Source of the DNA: Pecten maximus
Lineage: Eukaryota
Assembly: GCF_902652985.1 (NCBI RefSeq)
Contig: NC_047022.1
Span: forward strand, 12,772,001 to 12,836,000
Direction of reading: 5' to 3'
Length of the DNA: 64,000 nt
Position 1 is the stretch's first letter. Each line of letters opens with the position of its first letter. Shown piece after piece: positions 40,318 through 54,017 of this stretch. The position numbers and the translations under genes were made by a program. The notes under the pieces are model-generated. The model was not told the DNA's origin, did not search any database, and saw only the letters and a program-made list of their open reading frames with translations.

Positions 40318-42164
40318 CTTGCAATGTGTGGAGAACGTGACGAATCTGCATGCACTGTGTAAAATATCGCTAGAATTTCACCCTCTCACAATTAACCTTT
40401 TCGTAACTATAAAGTTGATACCATTTAATGTCTCCGATACCCCATGTCACAAATCAAGAAGAAAATATGTGCAAAATATTCATCATAAAAATAGTTTGAA
40501 TATTTCTTCTTTATCCTTTAGCCAAGCTTACTGACATTGCTTGACGTTTTAATTAAATTTTCTTCTCTTGTTTTCTTCCTTACTTACCAGACTCATCCAT
40601 TTTCTATTTTGTTTCGAATAGGTCAATTCTGGTATATATTAGAATATTTCTTCTTCCACCTCTTGGTCAAGTCTACTGGCCTTGTTTGACGCTTAAATGT
40701 GTTTTCCCTCGTTGTCTCCTTCCGTTCTCACCACACTCACATATTTTCTATTTTACTCCGAATGCATTATTTATGATAGAAGGCAAGGTATTTAGACTCT
40801 TCGCTTTGTGAACGAGTCAGTATAATAACGGGGGAAAAACAACCAGTTTAAGAAAATAGGATGGAAAATGCATAAATACAACGAAAATAGTAAGGGTGTC
40901 GTTAAACTACTCATCGGCCTAATTGTTTTTTATGCGCTTATTCATCTCTTCGCTATTTCGCTTTGGCAGTTTTTCGCCATTTGAATTTGTTTTAACAGGA
41001 CGAATTTAATACGACAAATATATATCATATTTAAACTCTGGAAAATAACTTATTAATAACGAATAAACATTAAATATAAATTTCTTTCTTAGATTACATA
41101 TATACTTTTCATTTATATTTCTATCTATGTAAATTGTAAAAGTATTAAGCAATGGTGTAACTTGACCGCTATCATGCTGAACTTCTGAGGGAGATTGATT
41201 GATATAAGCTTGAAGTCTGTTTCCAGATCCTTTTGAAATTTATAAACTGATATTTTTGTATTTTTGTATGCAACGTCTATGGATTAGATAAAATACTGTT
41301 TAAACAAATATACTTCATATAACCCATCACAACATTGTCAAAGTAACATATACAACAATGTACGTCTGATCTCGTTTCTGACTTGAGCGGTCTTCCGTAG
41401 AAAGTTAATGTAATCGGTGCCATATGGTGATATGCCTTAATCTTAATCGTCGATCAGTGAAGTGTACGTACATTTAAATATTAAAAATGATAACCTAATT
41501 TATTACAAAATAGTTCAATCCTAGATAGTCCCAGAAGAGTTTCACTCAACATAGGTTTTCGAAATCAAAATACTTTTTCCAGAATATCGTTATAATCATT
41601 GTAATATAATTAATGTACAAATCACAATCATAAATAGCCTTCCAACGTTGAAACTCTCAGAATCATATGTATATTTTATCGACCTAAAATTGTCTAGAAA
41701 GTAACTAATTCAATGACTCACTAATATAACATATATCAAAATATTAATCTCGTTTCTTTTCTGAGCGGTGTGTTGTAAAAGGAATGCGATGATTTACTGT
41801 GACCTATATGACTGGCGATAAGCCACCTTTATTAAAGATCAGTTGAGTGTACGTCCATTTAGATGTTAAATATTATGACGACCTAACGATCACTCACAAA
41901 CTCAAAAATGTATGAATACAGTTATTCCGGTTTAGCTGGCTCAGAAATCGTAAATACCACTGTAAAATATTTGTTTTGAAATAAAATAGTACCAGCGAGG
42001 GTATTTTGAAAGTTGCAAGGAAAACTATCAAGCACTGTAGCTGACTTTTTCATTTAAACTTATTGTTTTGAAACATGGAAATTGCATGGAAATGTGTCCA
42101 GTTTTTAGGGAAATGACTTTCAACTTGAATGAATAAATATCAGAAAATATCATCTTAAATAAAA

Positions 42165-42340
42165 TTGTTTTCACTGCCATAACCGTCATTAAAGAGGTAT
42201 TGGCAATTATTTTCACTGTCATAATCGTTATTAAGGAGATATTGACAATTGTTTTCACTGTCATAATCGTAATTAAGGAGATATTGACAATTATTTTCAC
42301 TGTCATAACCGTCATTAAGGCGATATTGACAATTATTTTC
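42165..42340. repeat. 42-bp minisatellite, ~4 units
   Basis: TTTTCACTGTCATAATCGTTATTAAGGAGATATTGACAATT repeated. Confidence 0.8.
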
Positions 42341-42617
42341 CGCTGGATCATCATCAACATACCTGCAATAATGACATACCGATTTTCAACATACAAAAAT
42401 ATCATTTCTCACATAATGTTCAAGGTAAAAGAAAGTTCCTTACATTTTTGCTATGCACATTATGTAGTTACATCAATTAAAACGGACATTTAAAAAAAAA
42501 ATCTTTTTTTTTTTTTTTTTAGGAAATAACAATGCAGTTTATCAAAACAAAAGACTAGAGCACACAAGTACGTTTTATTTAAATGTATTTAAACAGGTAG
42601 TGGTGATATGTGTTGGT

Positions 42618-42702
42618 TCAGCCGACCACTAGAGGCGTACATGGGCCCCTACTGACTATGGTGAGGGAGTTATGCATACATCTCACTTGCTCATATTCAC
42701 AC
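42618..42702 (-). CDS. Secreted two-domain Kazal-type protein A, exon 4
   Basis: tttacag|G; CEYEQVRCMHNSLTIVSRGPCTPLVVG* (Cys IV-VI of Kazal domain 2). Confidence 0.9.
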
Positions 42703-43681
42703 CTGTAAAAAAGAAAAGAAAAAAACAACATTTTTCTTCTTCTTGTTTTTGTGTATGCAGTCAGCCCCAAATACAATATATTGATCATTTGAGTTGGCAT
42801 ATAAAAGAAAGATGAAATGAAGAGGATTTCGGTCTCCCGAGTCCCTTTTGATAGAAGTGTGTTTAAGGAATGAAGTGATTTTGGGTGAAGTTTGAATTAT
42901 CTTATATATGATCCCATTGGTCCAGTACTTGTATGGATAGCAGGAAGTTCTTTTGCACGAGATGTACAAAACATACACAGGAAATAAACAAATGTCAATA
43001 CCGCTTAAGTGTAAGATACAGTAGAACCAACATTAATTAAACTGCGTCATTCAGATATTTTGTCATTCTAAAATTCCCAAAAAAATTTACGATTTCATTT
43101 AAAGGTCGAATTATCAACATTTTGTTTGTATATATTATAATACATCTATAACTGATATCAACCACGGTATGCTTTATTTAGTAATCTTTCCCACAATGAT
43201 TCACAAATAAATTATGATATTGAGCCGATAATCCAATTAGAAACCTGAAAACGAGGAAGTTAAACCGTTAGGCTCGCTATTGTTTCAGCTGAAGAGGCGA
43301 TTGCCAAACGGGAAGTTATACTTCCGACATATATAGCACATAACGTGCCGCTCCAATTTGATTAAAACTAAACATAGTATTTCATAATCCAAAATAACTA
43401 TTGGCAACTGAAAGTTTGCTATGTCTCCCGATATCAAACTCTCAATAATATATTCAAATTTCAACAATGTATGATCGTTAGATGGCCCAGCCATATGAGA
43501 TAACGATAAGCTTCGTCCAGTTGTTCTGTAGGGCAAGGTAACGACACTTTTTGTCTTTGCGCACCGAAAGCTTATCGTATTTTTGCCTCACAGGGTAGCC
43601 AAGCGAGTTTTATCGTTATTTTACAGCGAGATAACAGTGATTATCGTTATATCGCATCAATGAACGAAAAATATTTATATA

Positions 43682-44005
43682 TACGAGGACCGATTGATAA
43701 GCCTTATATTGAAGGATTATAATTTTTGCCGGACATATTGTATTATTTTTCAACATAACCCCTTCAGTATCTATACACTTTTGTCATCGGCTTTTAAGAG
43801 CCTCAATGCCACTTTCGTAGAACTCTTTTTCTTGAATGTTCAGAAAGTCATCAATTTCATGTTAGGGTTAGGGTGCATAAAATAGCTGTTTTCAGTTTTG
43901 GAAATAGAAGAAAGTCTGATTAAGCGAGATCAAGTGAATAGGGCGGATGCTCAATCAATTTAAAGCTAAAATCGTGAAGGGCAGCCATGGCAATGACAGA
44001 CTCCT
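43682..44005 (-). mobile_element. Mariner transposon remnant (transposase C-terminus and 3' terminal repeat)
   Basis: Minus strand gives ...FKLIEHPPYSLDLA*SDFLLFPKLKTAI (YSPDLAPSD motif) and EIDDFLNIQEKEFYESGIEALKSR*QKCIDTEG; terminus TA-CGAGG at 43682; internal stops. Confidence 0.85.
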
Positions 44006-45057
44006 TCACCTTAACCCCTTACCCTAACCGATTTGTCCATTTTGCAAAAGCCGCTTGTCTTGTTTACTTTAGTGTGCTACCTCGTCGATATAAACTAAAC
44101 AAATGAAACCAGTCCTTGGGTACACGGCCCTATATAGTTAGAGAATAGTATGACTTAAAAAGAACATCCTTGAGTACCTCCTTAATACGAGGTTCATAGC
44201 ATATTAATCAACCCTAGTGTATATTATAGTTATATTTCGCGCGGCAGGGTGAAATAACAATTAACAGCGTGGAGAAATACTGTGGTTCGCTATACAGCGA
44301 CTTCATTTTTGCGTAACATTGAAATTTCGTTCTGTCGCTGTGGAAATGCGAAGATCATTTGGGCAAAATTACGAAATGGCACACACCAGTCACCATATTC
44401 TCTTGTTTACGTTGAAATGTGGGTAAGTTTAGTAGCGAGTAAGTTGTACAAGGAACCCCGTATACGGAAGTATACTCTACTGTGCTTTGTGTTTCATACT
44501 ACTAAGTACCTACTTCACTGAACAGGGAGATGATATTGAGGCTGTTTCCTTTCACGAACCACAAACACACTTCATGATACCTGTCTAGCTGAGAAGGGCC
44601 TGATGATCTGGTTTTGGCCCTACTAGTATCCTAGAGTGTGTAGAATACGTATAGTCTTTTTTTATGTTGCTAGTATTTGGGAAAGCTGATAGCCACCTCC
44701 CCCCTTCCCCACTTCCTCCTTTATCCAAATGTTGATGTAGTCTTTAAAATGCCAAAAAAACTATTAAATTATTATAATTAACATCAAGAAAAATTCAAAT
44801 ACATTTGTGTATATATAAACATACATATACTATATATATCTGGCCCTTGGAGTCGACAATGGGTGCCAAGTTCCTGTGCATCCACTTACACAAACTCACA
44901 GTCCCTTGTACTCTTAGATTTGATTATGCCTTCGTAGTCGTTGCAAACCATTTTATTCGCCATCATCAAGGACGTAAACGAATCGAGAGGGAACTTGTGT
45001 TTTATAAGATAATACATTAAAACAGGACGGTTAAAATCTAGGTTATAAAGAACTTAC

Positions 45058-45264
45058 TCGTTCATGTATGTCACACCGTTGGAACCGCACACCGGATCAT
45101 AGTCCTCCTCACATCTGTGTCCTGTAATGTCGGCACACATAAACTGGAGCAGTAGCAGCTCCCCTTGTGTGAGGTTACTAGTCAGGTGGCTCTCGCCGTT
45201 ACACGAACCTTCATGGGCCACATGTATATAACTGTACAGACAGTGGGACTTCGAGAAATCGCAC
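45058..45264 (-). CDS. Kazal-type protein A, exon 3
   Basis: ttttag|G...GA|gtaagt; CDFSKSHCLYSYIHVAHEGSC...FMCADITGHRCEEDYDPVCGSNGVTYMN(E). Confidence 0.93.
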
Positions 45265-46272
45265 CTAAAATTAACTGATACACTTTTGTAATTGTTTTAA
45301 CACAATTTATTGTACATTTTTGGGACACACACAATAGTACTATTTTCTATATCTTCCCGAATGCTCGACAGACTGTCTCGAGCGCTCAGTTTGGATTTTA
45401 TGTATGAATTGCTTCATAATCGTATTGTTATATTTAACGATAGCAGATAATAAGGAGAACCGCCTTGAAAGATAAGGATGAAATCATATGTGTTTGAGAA
45501 ATGGTTGGGCTTAAACAAAGAAAAAATGTGACTGTTTTGTTGTCACAATATGGATTTAATATATTAATTTGTTACTTAAGATATCATAGTTGTAACATCT
45601 TTCATTAGCAAACATCTTAATTCTTAAGGAAACAGCATGAGTATTGATAAATTCATTTGAGGTGTACACTATTTGGTATATCAGTAAGCATGCATCCTGT
45701 AAGCGCTCGAGATAATATATCGCTCGCTCGTGATCAAAATTATACAACGTTGATAAAACTATTTAAACCATTCAATATTTTTACATACGTCACTAGTGTA
45801 ATATACTTTGGAGCGTTTTTCATTGGCTACGCAAGCAAGAAATCCATTGTCCTTTACATTTCAGCTTTTAAACCTGTCAAAATGTTCACTTTCTCAGTAA
45901 TGTGATGAATGTATTTTAAATTTGTTTTCATTTCATACCAAGGCTCACAACAACAACAACAAAAATTAAAACTCGTTTTATAAAATTTCATATGAAATGA
46001 AAACCAATCTAAGATGGTATTTGTACGCTGTAATTTCAATCATATTAAAGACTATGACATATCTCACGAGATCCCAAACTTCCAAGACTACGGCATATCT
46101 CAAGAGATCTCAAACTTTTAAGACTACGACACATCTCACGAGATCTCAAACTTGCAAGGATGGTTTACGTATGCATAATGATTTAAACTCTGCAAGATAT
46201 CTCTGAATTTCCCGGGCTAATAACTTCCGGATTGAAAAACCTTACTTCCGGTTGCATCTTTAACTAACTTAC

Positions 46273-46396
46273 TTGTTGTAGTAGGTGTAGTTATCGGAGC
46301 CACACAACAGATGTTCTCCGTACGGGTAACACGCTCGGTGTCTGATACTAGAACAATACCAACTCGCCCGCTTGTGTAATCCATCCATGGCAATCA
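46273..46396 (-). CDS. Kazal-type protein A, exon 2
   Basis: cttcag|TG...AA|gtaagt; (V)IAMDGLHKRASWYCSSIRHRACYPYGEHLLCGSDNYTYYN(K). Confidence 0.92.
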
Positions 46397-46454
46397 CTGA
46401 AGACAATATAATAACCTCATTAAACAACCAAAAATTGAATGATGAACGTTGTAT

Positions 46455-46735
46455 GTCGAGCTCACACAACGTTCAAATTCTGAATGTTGAATGTCGAGTC
46501 TCCAGGCTGGCACAACGTTCAAATTCTAAATGTTGAATGTCGTATGTCGAGCCGGCACAACGTTCAAATTCTGAATGTTGAATGTCGTATGTCGAGCTGG
46601 CACAACGTTCATATTCTGAATGTTGAATGTCGTATGTCCAGCTGGCACAACGTTCATATTCTGAATGTTGAATGTCGTATGTCGACCTGGCATAACTGAA
46701 TATTCTGAATGCCGTATGCCCTATGTTGAATGTTG
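46455..46735. repeat. 45-bp minisatellite, ~5-6 units, in Kazal A intron 1
   Basis: CACAACGTTCAAATTCTGAATGTTGAATGTCGTATGTCGAGCTGG repeated. Confidence 0.85.
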
Positions 46736-47107
46736 AGCCAACTTAAAACAGATAAATATGTAGATCTTAACAAAGAATACACTTTGTATGGGTCATGATA
46801 ATCCTAGATCTTTAGAATAGAAATTTGTGTCATATTTAAGAGTTTAAATGAAAAAGATAAAGATGTAGGGAATATAAGAAATATGGTTTGATAGTTTTAA
46901 AGGAATTTAACGAAAATGTTGCCATTAATTGATTCATTCTTGCAAATGTATCGCATTCTTGTGAAAAAATCAATATAAATACACAGAACATGTGTTTCAA
47001 TACTAAGAGAATATCAAACGCATACATTGTTAATTCCTGTTACGAATTTTATCAACTGTAAACGTGAAAACTAAAAGAAAGCAAAAACAAAACGTAACAA
47101 AACTCAC

Positions 47108-47147
47108 CAGAAACTGCCACAAGCAGGAGGACAAATGGGCCATACAT
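47108..47147 (-). CDS. Kazal-type protein A, exon 1 (signal peptide)
   Basis: aagATG; MYGPFVLLLVAVS, phase 1, donor gtgagt; joined CDS 456 nt = 151 aa. Confidence 0.82.
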
Positions 47148-48336
47148 CTTGTCTTATGGTTAGTGTGGTGTCGTTAGAACTAGCGTTCCTTATCACCGAC
47201 TGGTTACCTAAGTGTCGGTAGAACAATGTCACCAAGTCATTTTAAGACCTTATCGGTAAGTAAATACGTCTTTATTACAATTGTTGTGATATTAGGACAC
47301 GAAGTCGACAGGTTATATAATAATTGTTTCGTAAATAGTTCTTACTGATTCAAATGTAAGAATATCACGAAATTGATAAATTTCATAATTTGATTAATTA
47401 TGGATTTTATCATTCTGTTTGAAGATAGCAAGAATCTTGAATATTACAGTATATAACAGTAGTTTGGATTTTGAACATTTGATCAATTCAATCCTGAAAT
47501 TATTTACTGCAACCGTTTGATTTATTCCCCCGCGCTTAATTTTTTCAATTATTATGATATACTGTATATATTTAGTTTCTAGTGTACTACAGGAAAGGTT
47601 TGGTTTATAAAAACGTGATCTTTGACCTTTTCGTCCATTAACATTCATTTTATGACAGGCTTGGTCTATATGTAAAATATGTTCGATCTCAAATCTTCGT
47701 TGTTTGACCCACCACCCACTTGAGACAAACACACTGTTGCAATTGGCAGGATGACTCCTTTCATTTACCTGTCTCTGACTGCTCGACTGTTTTAATCAAT
47801 TACCTGGCATGAAGTACAGGTGAGATAATCAGACGTACTTTGGCACTCATTCTAACATGAACCATTAGATCCAGGTTAAAGGTATGCAGTAGGATGGGCC
47901 TTCGTGAAGAGCTGATTACTAAATTGTCTTTTCATACTTCCTTAAACGTGTTTTGTATGTAGTTCCCTGATATTAGATAGAATGTCATATAGTAGCTCTA
48001 CATCCTGTACAATATGACTTACTCTTTAACTAAAGATTTCTTGAAGTTGAGGCGCAGAATAGTCTCTGACTGCCTTGGACTGTATAGTGAGCAGTGTTTT
48101 TCTGAGTTCGGAGACTACATACTGGGTGTGTAGACATAAAATGGCGCACTCTTTTACCGTGTAACTGATTTTACACAGTTTTCAATTGGCACACCTTACA
48201 GTATATATATATATATATACATGTAGATAGATATATAATATAGAAAATGAAATAATCACAATCATATTTTAGTGGAATGATTTCAACACGAAAAGCACTG
48301 AAATAAGATTACTGATGAAATTATATTGTTCAATAC

Positions 48337-51064
48337 TAGATACCAGTATGGTGAGATGTATAGTTAGATACCAGTATGGTGAGATGTTTAGTTAGATACC
48401 AGTATGGTGAGATGTATAGTTAGATACCAGTATGGTGAGATGTATAGTTAGATACCAGTATGGTGAGATGTATAGTTAGATACCAGTATGGTGAGATGTA
48501 TAGTTAGATACCAGTATGGTGAGATGTATAGTTAGATACCAGTATGGTGATATGTATAGTTAGATACCATTATGGTGAGATGTATAGTTAGATACCAGTA
48601 TGGTGAGATGTTTAGTTAGATACCAGTATGGTGAGATGTATAGTTAGATACCAGTATGGTGAGATGTATAGTTAGGTACCAGTATGGTGAGATGTACAGT
48701 TAGATACCAGTATGGTGAGATGTATAGTTAGATACCAGTATGGTGATATGTTTAGTTAGATACCAGTATGGTGAGATGTACAGTTAGATACCAGTATGGT
48801 GAGATGTATAGTTAGATACCAGTATGGTGATATGTATAGTTAGATACCAGTATGGTGAGATGTATAGTTAGATACCAGTATGGTGAGATGTATAGTTAGA
48901 TACCAGTATGGTGAGATGTATAGTTAGATACCAGTATGGTGAGATGTATAGTTAGATACCAGTATGGTGAGATGTATAGTTAGATACCAGTATGGTGAGA
49001 TGTATAGTTAGATACCAGTATGGTGAGATGTATAGTTAGATACCAGTATGGTGAGATGTATAGTTAGATACCAGTATGGTGAGATGTATAGTTAGATACC
49101 AGTATGGTGAGATGTATAGTTAGATACCAGTATGGTGAGATGTATAGTTAGATACCAGTATGGTGAGATGTATAGTTAGATACCAGTATGGTGAGATGTA
49201 TAGTTAGATACCAGTATGGTGAGATGTATAGTTAGATACCAGTATGGTGAGATGTATAGTTAGATACCAGTATGGTGAGATGTATAGTTAGATACCAGTA
49301 TGGTGAGATGTATAGTTAGATACCAGTATGGTGAGATGTATAGTTAGATACCAGTATGGTGAGATGTATAGTTAGATACCAGTATGGTGAGATGTATAGT
49401 TAGATACCAGTATGGTGAGATGTATAGTTAGATACCAGTATGGTGAGATGTATAGTTAGACACCAGTATGGTGAGATGTATAGTTGGGTACCAGTATGGT
49501 GAGATGTATAGTTAGATACCAGTATAGTGATGTGTATAGTTGGGTACCAGTATGGTGAGATGTATAGTTAGATACCAGTATGGTGAGATGTATAGTTAGA
49601 TACCAATATGGTGAGATGTATAGTTAGATACCTGTATGGTGAGATGTATAGTTAGATACCAGTATGGTGAGATGTATAGTTAGATACCAGTATGGTGAGA
49701 TGTATAGTTAGATACCAGTATGGTGGGGTGTATAGTTATATACCAGTATGGTGAGATGTATAGTTAGATACCAGTATGGTGAGATGTATAGTTAGGTACC
49801 AGTATGGTGAGATGTATAGTTAGATACCAGTATGGTGAGATGTATAGTTAGATACCAGTATGGTGGGGTGTATAGTTAGACACCTGTATGGTGAGATGTT
49901 TAGTTAGATACCAGTATGGTGAGATGTATAGTTAGATACCAGTATGGTGAGATGTATAGTTAGATACCAGTATGGTGAGATGTATAGTTAGATACCAGTA
50001 TGGTGAGATGTATAGTTAGATACCTGTATGGTGAGATGTATAATTAGATACCAGTATGGTGAGATGTATAGTTAGATACCAGTATGGTGAGATGTATAGT
50101 TAGATAACAGTATGGTGAGATGTATAGTTAGATAACAGTATGGTGAGATGTATAGTTAGATACCAGTATGGTGAGATGTATAGTTAGATACCAGTATGGT
50201 GAGATGTATAGTTAGATACCAGTATGGTGAGATGTATAGTTAGATACCAATATGGTGAGATGTATAGTTAGGTACCAATATGGTGAGATGTATAGTTAGA
50301 TACCAGTATGGTGAGATGTATAGTTAGATATCAGTATAGTGAGATGTATAGTTAGATACTAGATACCAGTATGGTGAGATGTATAGTTAGATACCAGTAT
50401 GGTGAGATGTATAGTTAGATACCAGTATGGTGAGATGTATAGTTAGATATCAGTATGGTGAGATGTATAGTTAGATACCAGTATGGTGAGATGTATAGTT
50501 AGATACCAGTATGGTGAGATGTATAGTTAGATACCAGTATGGTGATATGTATAGTTAGATACCAGTATGGTGAGATGTATAGTTAGATACCAGTATGGTG
50601 ATGTGTATAGTTAAACACTAGATACCAGTATGGTGAGATGTATAGTTAGATACCAGTATGGTGAGATGTATAGTTAGATACCAGTATGGTGAGATGTATA
50701 GTTAGATACCAGTATGGTGAGATGTATAGTTAGATACCAGTATGGTGAGATGTATAGTTAGATACCAGTATGGTGAGATGTATAGTTAGATACCAGTATG
50801 GTGAGGTGTATAGTTAGATACCAGCATGGTGAGATGTATAGTTAGATACCAGCATGGTGAGATGTATAGTTAGATACCAGTATGGTGAGATGTATAGTTA
50901 GATACCAGTATGGTGAGATGTATAGTTAGATACCAGTATGGTGAGATGTCGTTAGATACCAGTATGGTGAGATGTATAGTTAGATACTAGTATGGTGAGA
51001 TGTATAGTTAGATACCTGTATGGTGAGATGTATAGTTAGATACCAGTATGGTGAGGTGTATAGT
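48337..51064. repeat. 28-bp tandem array (TAGATACCAGTATGGTGAGATGTATAGT)
   Basis: About 97 near-identical units between the two Kazal genes. Confidence 0.98.
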
Positions 51065-51287
51065 TCTACTATGGTATAATTTAATTAAGAATTGATAACA
51101 CATCGTACATGTACAATAAACTATACTATTAGGCTAAAGTTAGTGTGACATTATATCGTATGGCACAGATGGTGCAGACAAGATAAAATACAATAGGACA
51201 TATTATATTATATTATAAGTGTTCTATGTAATAAAGTTTACCGGTTTTTTTACGTGAAGATTGTTACAGACGAATTACGGATAAATA

Positions 51288-51871
51288 GACATATTTTATT
51301 TATCAGTTGACATATTTCTATTGGACAGACCCATGAAATAAAGTCAAGTTATATATTTTATTAATCAGTTGACATATTTCTATTGGACAGACCTATGAAA
51401 TTAAGTCCAGTTACATATTTTATTTATCAGTTGTCATATTTCTATTTGACAGACCTATGGAAAAAAGTCATGGTACATATTTTATTAATCAGTTGACATA
51501 TTTCTATTTGACAGACCTATGAAAAAAGTCCAGCTACACATTTTATTAATCAGTTGACATATTTCTACTGGACAGACCTATGAAATAAAGTCCAGTTATA
51601 TATTTTATTAATCAGTTGACATATTTCTATTGGACAGACCTATGAAATTAAGTCCAGTTACATATTTTATTTATCAGTTGTCATATTTCTATTTGACAGA
51701 CCTATGAAAAAAGTCATGGTACATATTTTATTAATCAGTTGACATATTTCTATTGGACAGACCTATGAAATTAAGTCCAGCTACATATTTTATTAATCAG
51801 TTGACATATTTATATTTGACAGACCTATGAAAAAAAGTCCAGCTACATATTTTATTAATCAGTTGACATAT
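51288..51871. repeat. ~62-bp tandem array, ~9 units
   Basis: TTTTATTAATCAGTTGACATATTTCTATTGGACAGACCTATGAAA.. repeated. Confidence 0.92.
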
Positions 51872-52168
51872 TCCTCTGAAATTAACTCTAGGTTCATATT
51901 TCATTCGGAACGTAATCGTACTTATTAACAATAATCGAGCTGGCGACATGGTACATTGTATTGAGTATTTTTACGCGGTTACCTTCCTCTACTGGTCGGG
52001 TAGTATCTTGCATAAATATCTAACATTTTTTATTAGACACTAATATAAAAAAGGCTTTAATAACAACACATTAAACAGTCGTTGAAGCTCACAAAACGTT
52101 CGATGGCAATTATTTTCTGTTTAGAGGAACCTGTTTTACGTTTAAGGTTCCTGTTTTGAAGAACGAAC

Positions 52169-52199
52169 ATGACGGCATATTACATCACTTTGATACTGG
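52169..52199 (+). CDS. Secreted two-domain Kazal-type protein B, first coding exon (signal peptide)
   Basis: aacATG; MTAYYITLIL, phase 1, donor gtatgt; joins exon 2 to give MTAYYITLILVAMLAIHCRG. Confidence 0.75.
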
Positions 52200-52845
52200 G
52201 TATGTATACAGCATCTCATATATGTCATAAAAGATAATGACATTAACAGTTAAAATAATGTTCTCAATGGGAAATATTTTATACATCAATAACATCCGGT
52301 GATGTCCGCTCAACGCATTGCCCAAAAGATACACGAGAAAGTATTATTTAAAAAAAAGATTCAACGATTAAAAAGTAGTTTTCAGCTGCCCACTCATCAT
52401 ACTAATATCTGAAATTAGAATGCGATAGTATGACGTCATTAAGACTTAATATAATTATATATATGTAAATTTATTTTACAACAATTGCGAAACAAGTTAT
52501 ATTAACTTATATTAACCACGCTTGTTGGCCGGGATGGAAACGCGCGAGGGGTCTTATATATCTGTATATATAATTATTTATTCATTTACACAGTTATGAC
52601 CCTTTGAGAATAGAGCTCAACACTGAGGGCCATAACTATTTCATTATACCGAACGAAAATGAACAAATGTAAATTTGCATGATACACTAATCAATATTTT
52701 TCAGAGATCAGCCCGGGCTTGTCGCCCTCGTGCTGCAGTTTTGCAGGAAAATGTCTCAGTTATTGAATGTCACGTGGGAATGTTTAGACCAATCATATCA
52801 GTGTAAATGTAGATGAAAATGAGGTATAATAATTTTTTTTTTCAG

Positions 52846-52981
52846 TCGCAATGTTGGCCATCCACTGCCGCGGTGGTCAGTCGAACAGTACCCCATACTG
52901 TCGTTTTATCACGCAGGTTAGCTGTCAGAGTAAGGGGAGAAATGTCCTTTGTGGAACTGATGGGAATACTTATCAGAATGA
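52846..52981 (+). CDS. Kazal-type protein B, exon 2
   Basis: (t)n cag|TC...GA|gtaagt; (V)AMLAIHCRGGQSNSTPYCRFITQVSCQSKGRNVLCGTDGNTYQN(E). Confidence 0.92.
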
Positions 52982-53801
52982 GTAAGTCGTTATACGGGTG
53001 TGCATGTTCAGTCAAGATAAACACAGGTTTGAAAATCAAAATAGATGTTTATTTATATTGGGTGATCGCAACAACTAACAGGATCATAGCTGTAGGAAGA
53101 TGAACGTCAAACATCAAAGCAACAGCAGCCGGAGAGAAAATAAGTTCAGACATGAAAGAAAGGCAAATATAACTATTGTTACTTGGGTTGTTTTGTTCTC
53201 AAAATAGAAGAAAATTCCGGAAACACTGTTTTATAGTCTCCTTCTACGAACTCTATGCATTGTGACATAGCAGGCCCCATGTTTTTACTTTAGGCTCTCT
53301 TCTTAATAGACATCTGACATCAATGACAAGATTTTATTCTCATAAACATAAAAAGTGGAGAGAGTTACATACATTAAACATTGTACAGGACATACTTATG
53401 ATATAATGCAAGGATACACCAGAGAAAGCATGCCCTAGCCTGCGGTGGTGGAATGTGAGGGCCATACAATAAATTCTGCCATCATTATCTGTCGTTGTGC
53501 TAACTCAATGCATACTCTTACGGGATGCGTGGTGCGACAATATATCTAATGAATTGCCCTCGTGTGACTGGCATATTCATATTCTTTCCACATTCTTATT
53601 AAATTATCCACTTTCAGACAATAAATAAATCAATCAAATTATCCACAGGGAGAAATATACCCTCTTTTGATTTGGTCAATTTAGATTTTCCACTTCTAAG
53701 CCCTTGCGTCACTGACGAATACTGGACGGACGAATGAGTTGTATCGCCAGTGACCAATGTCTTCATAAAATCACAAACCTGAAAATGATTTGATGTTGTA
53801 G

Positions 53802-54017
53802 ATGTTCGTTGTTGAAAGCTCATTGTCGTAGATCAACAGTCCAGGTGGCTCACAGAGGGGCGTGTCCGACGCCCTCCTCCGTCCTCACCGGAATGGGCGT
53901 GGTCTCCACCTCCGACATAGCTCTCGATGTATTTTGTCTGGATCTCTTCAAACATTCATGTGACCGTGAAGAACGTCAAAGCGTGTGTGGAACGGACGGA
54001 ACGACATATACCAATCT
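53802..54017 (+). CDS. Kazal-type protein B, exon 3
   Basis: tgtag|A...CT|gtgagt; CSLLKAHCRRSTVQVAHRGAC...VFCLDLFKHSCDREERQSVCGTDGTTYTN(L). Confidence 0.93.

Noticed and set aside
41330-41890. Diverged ~400-bp direct duplication
   Set aside because: Visible but short and degenerate, with no termini or coding signal to interpret.
17935-51064. CRISPR-like regular repeats of 28-48 bp
   Set aside because: Head-to-tail units with no unique spacers, no cas genes, eukaryotic context.
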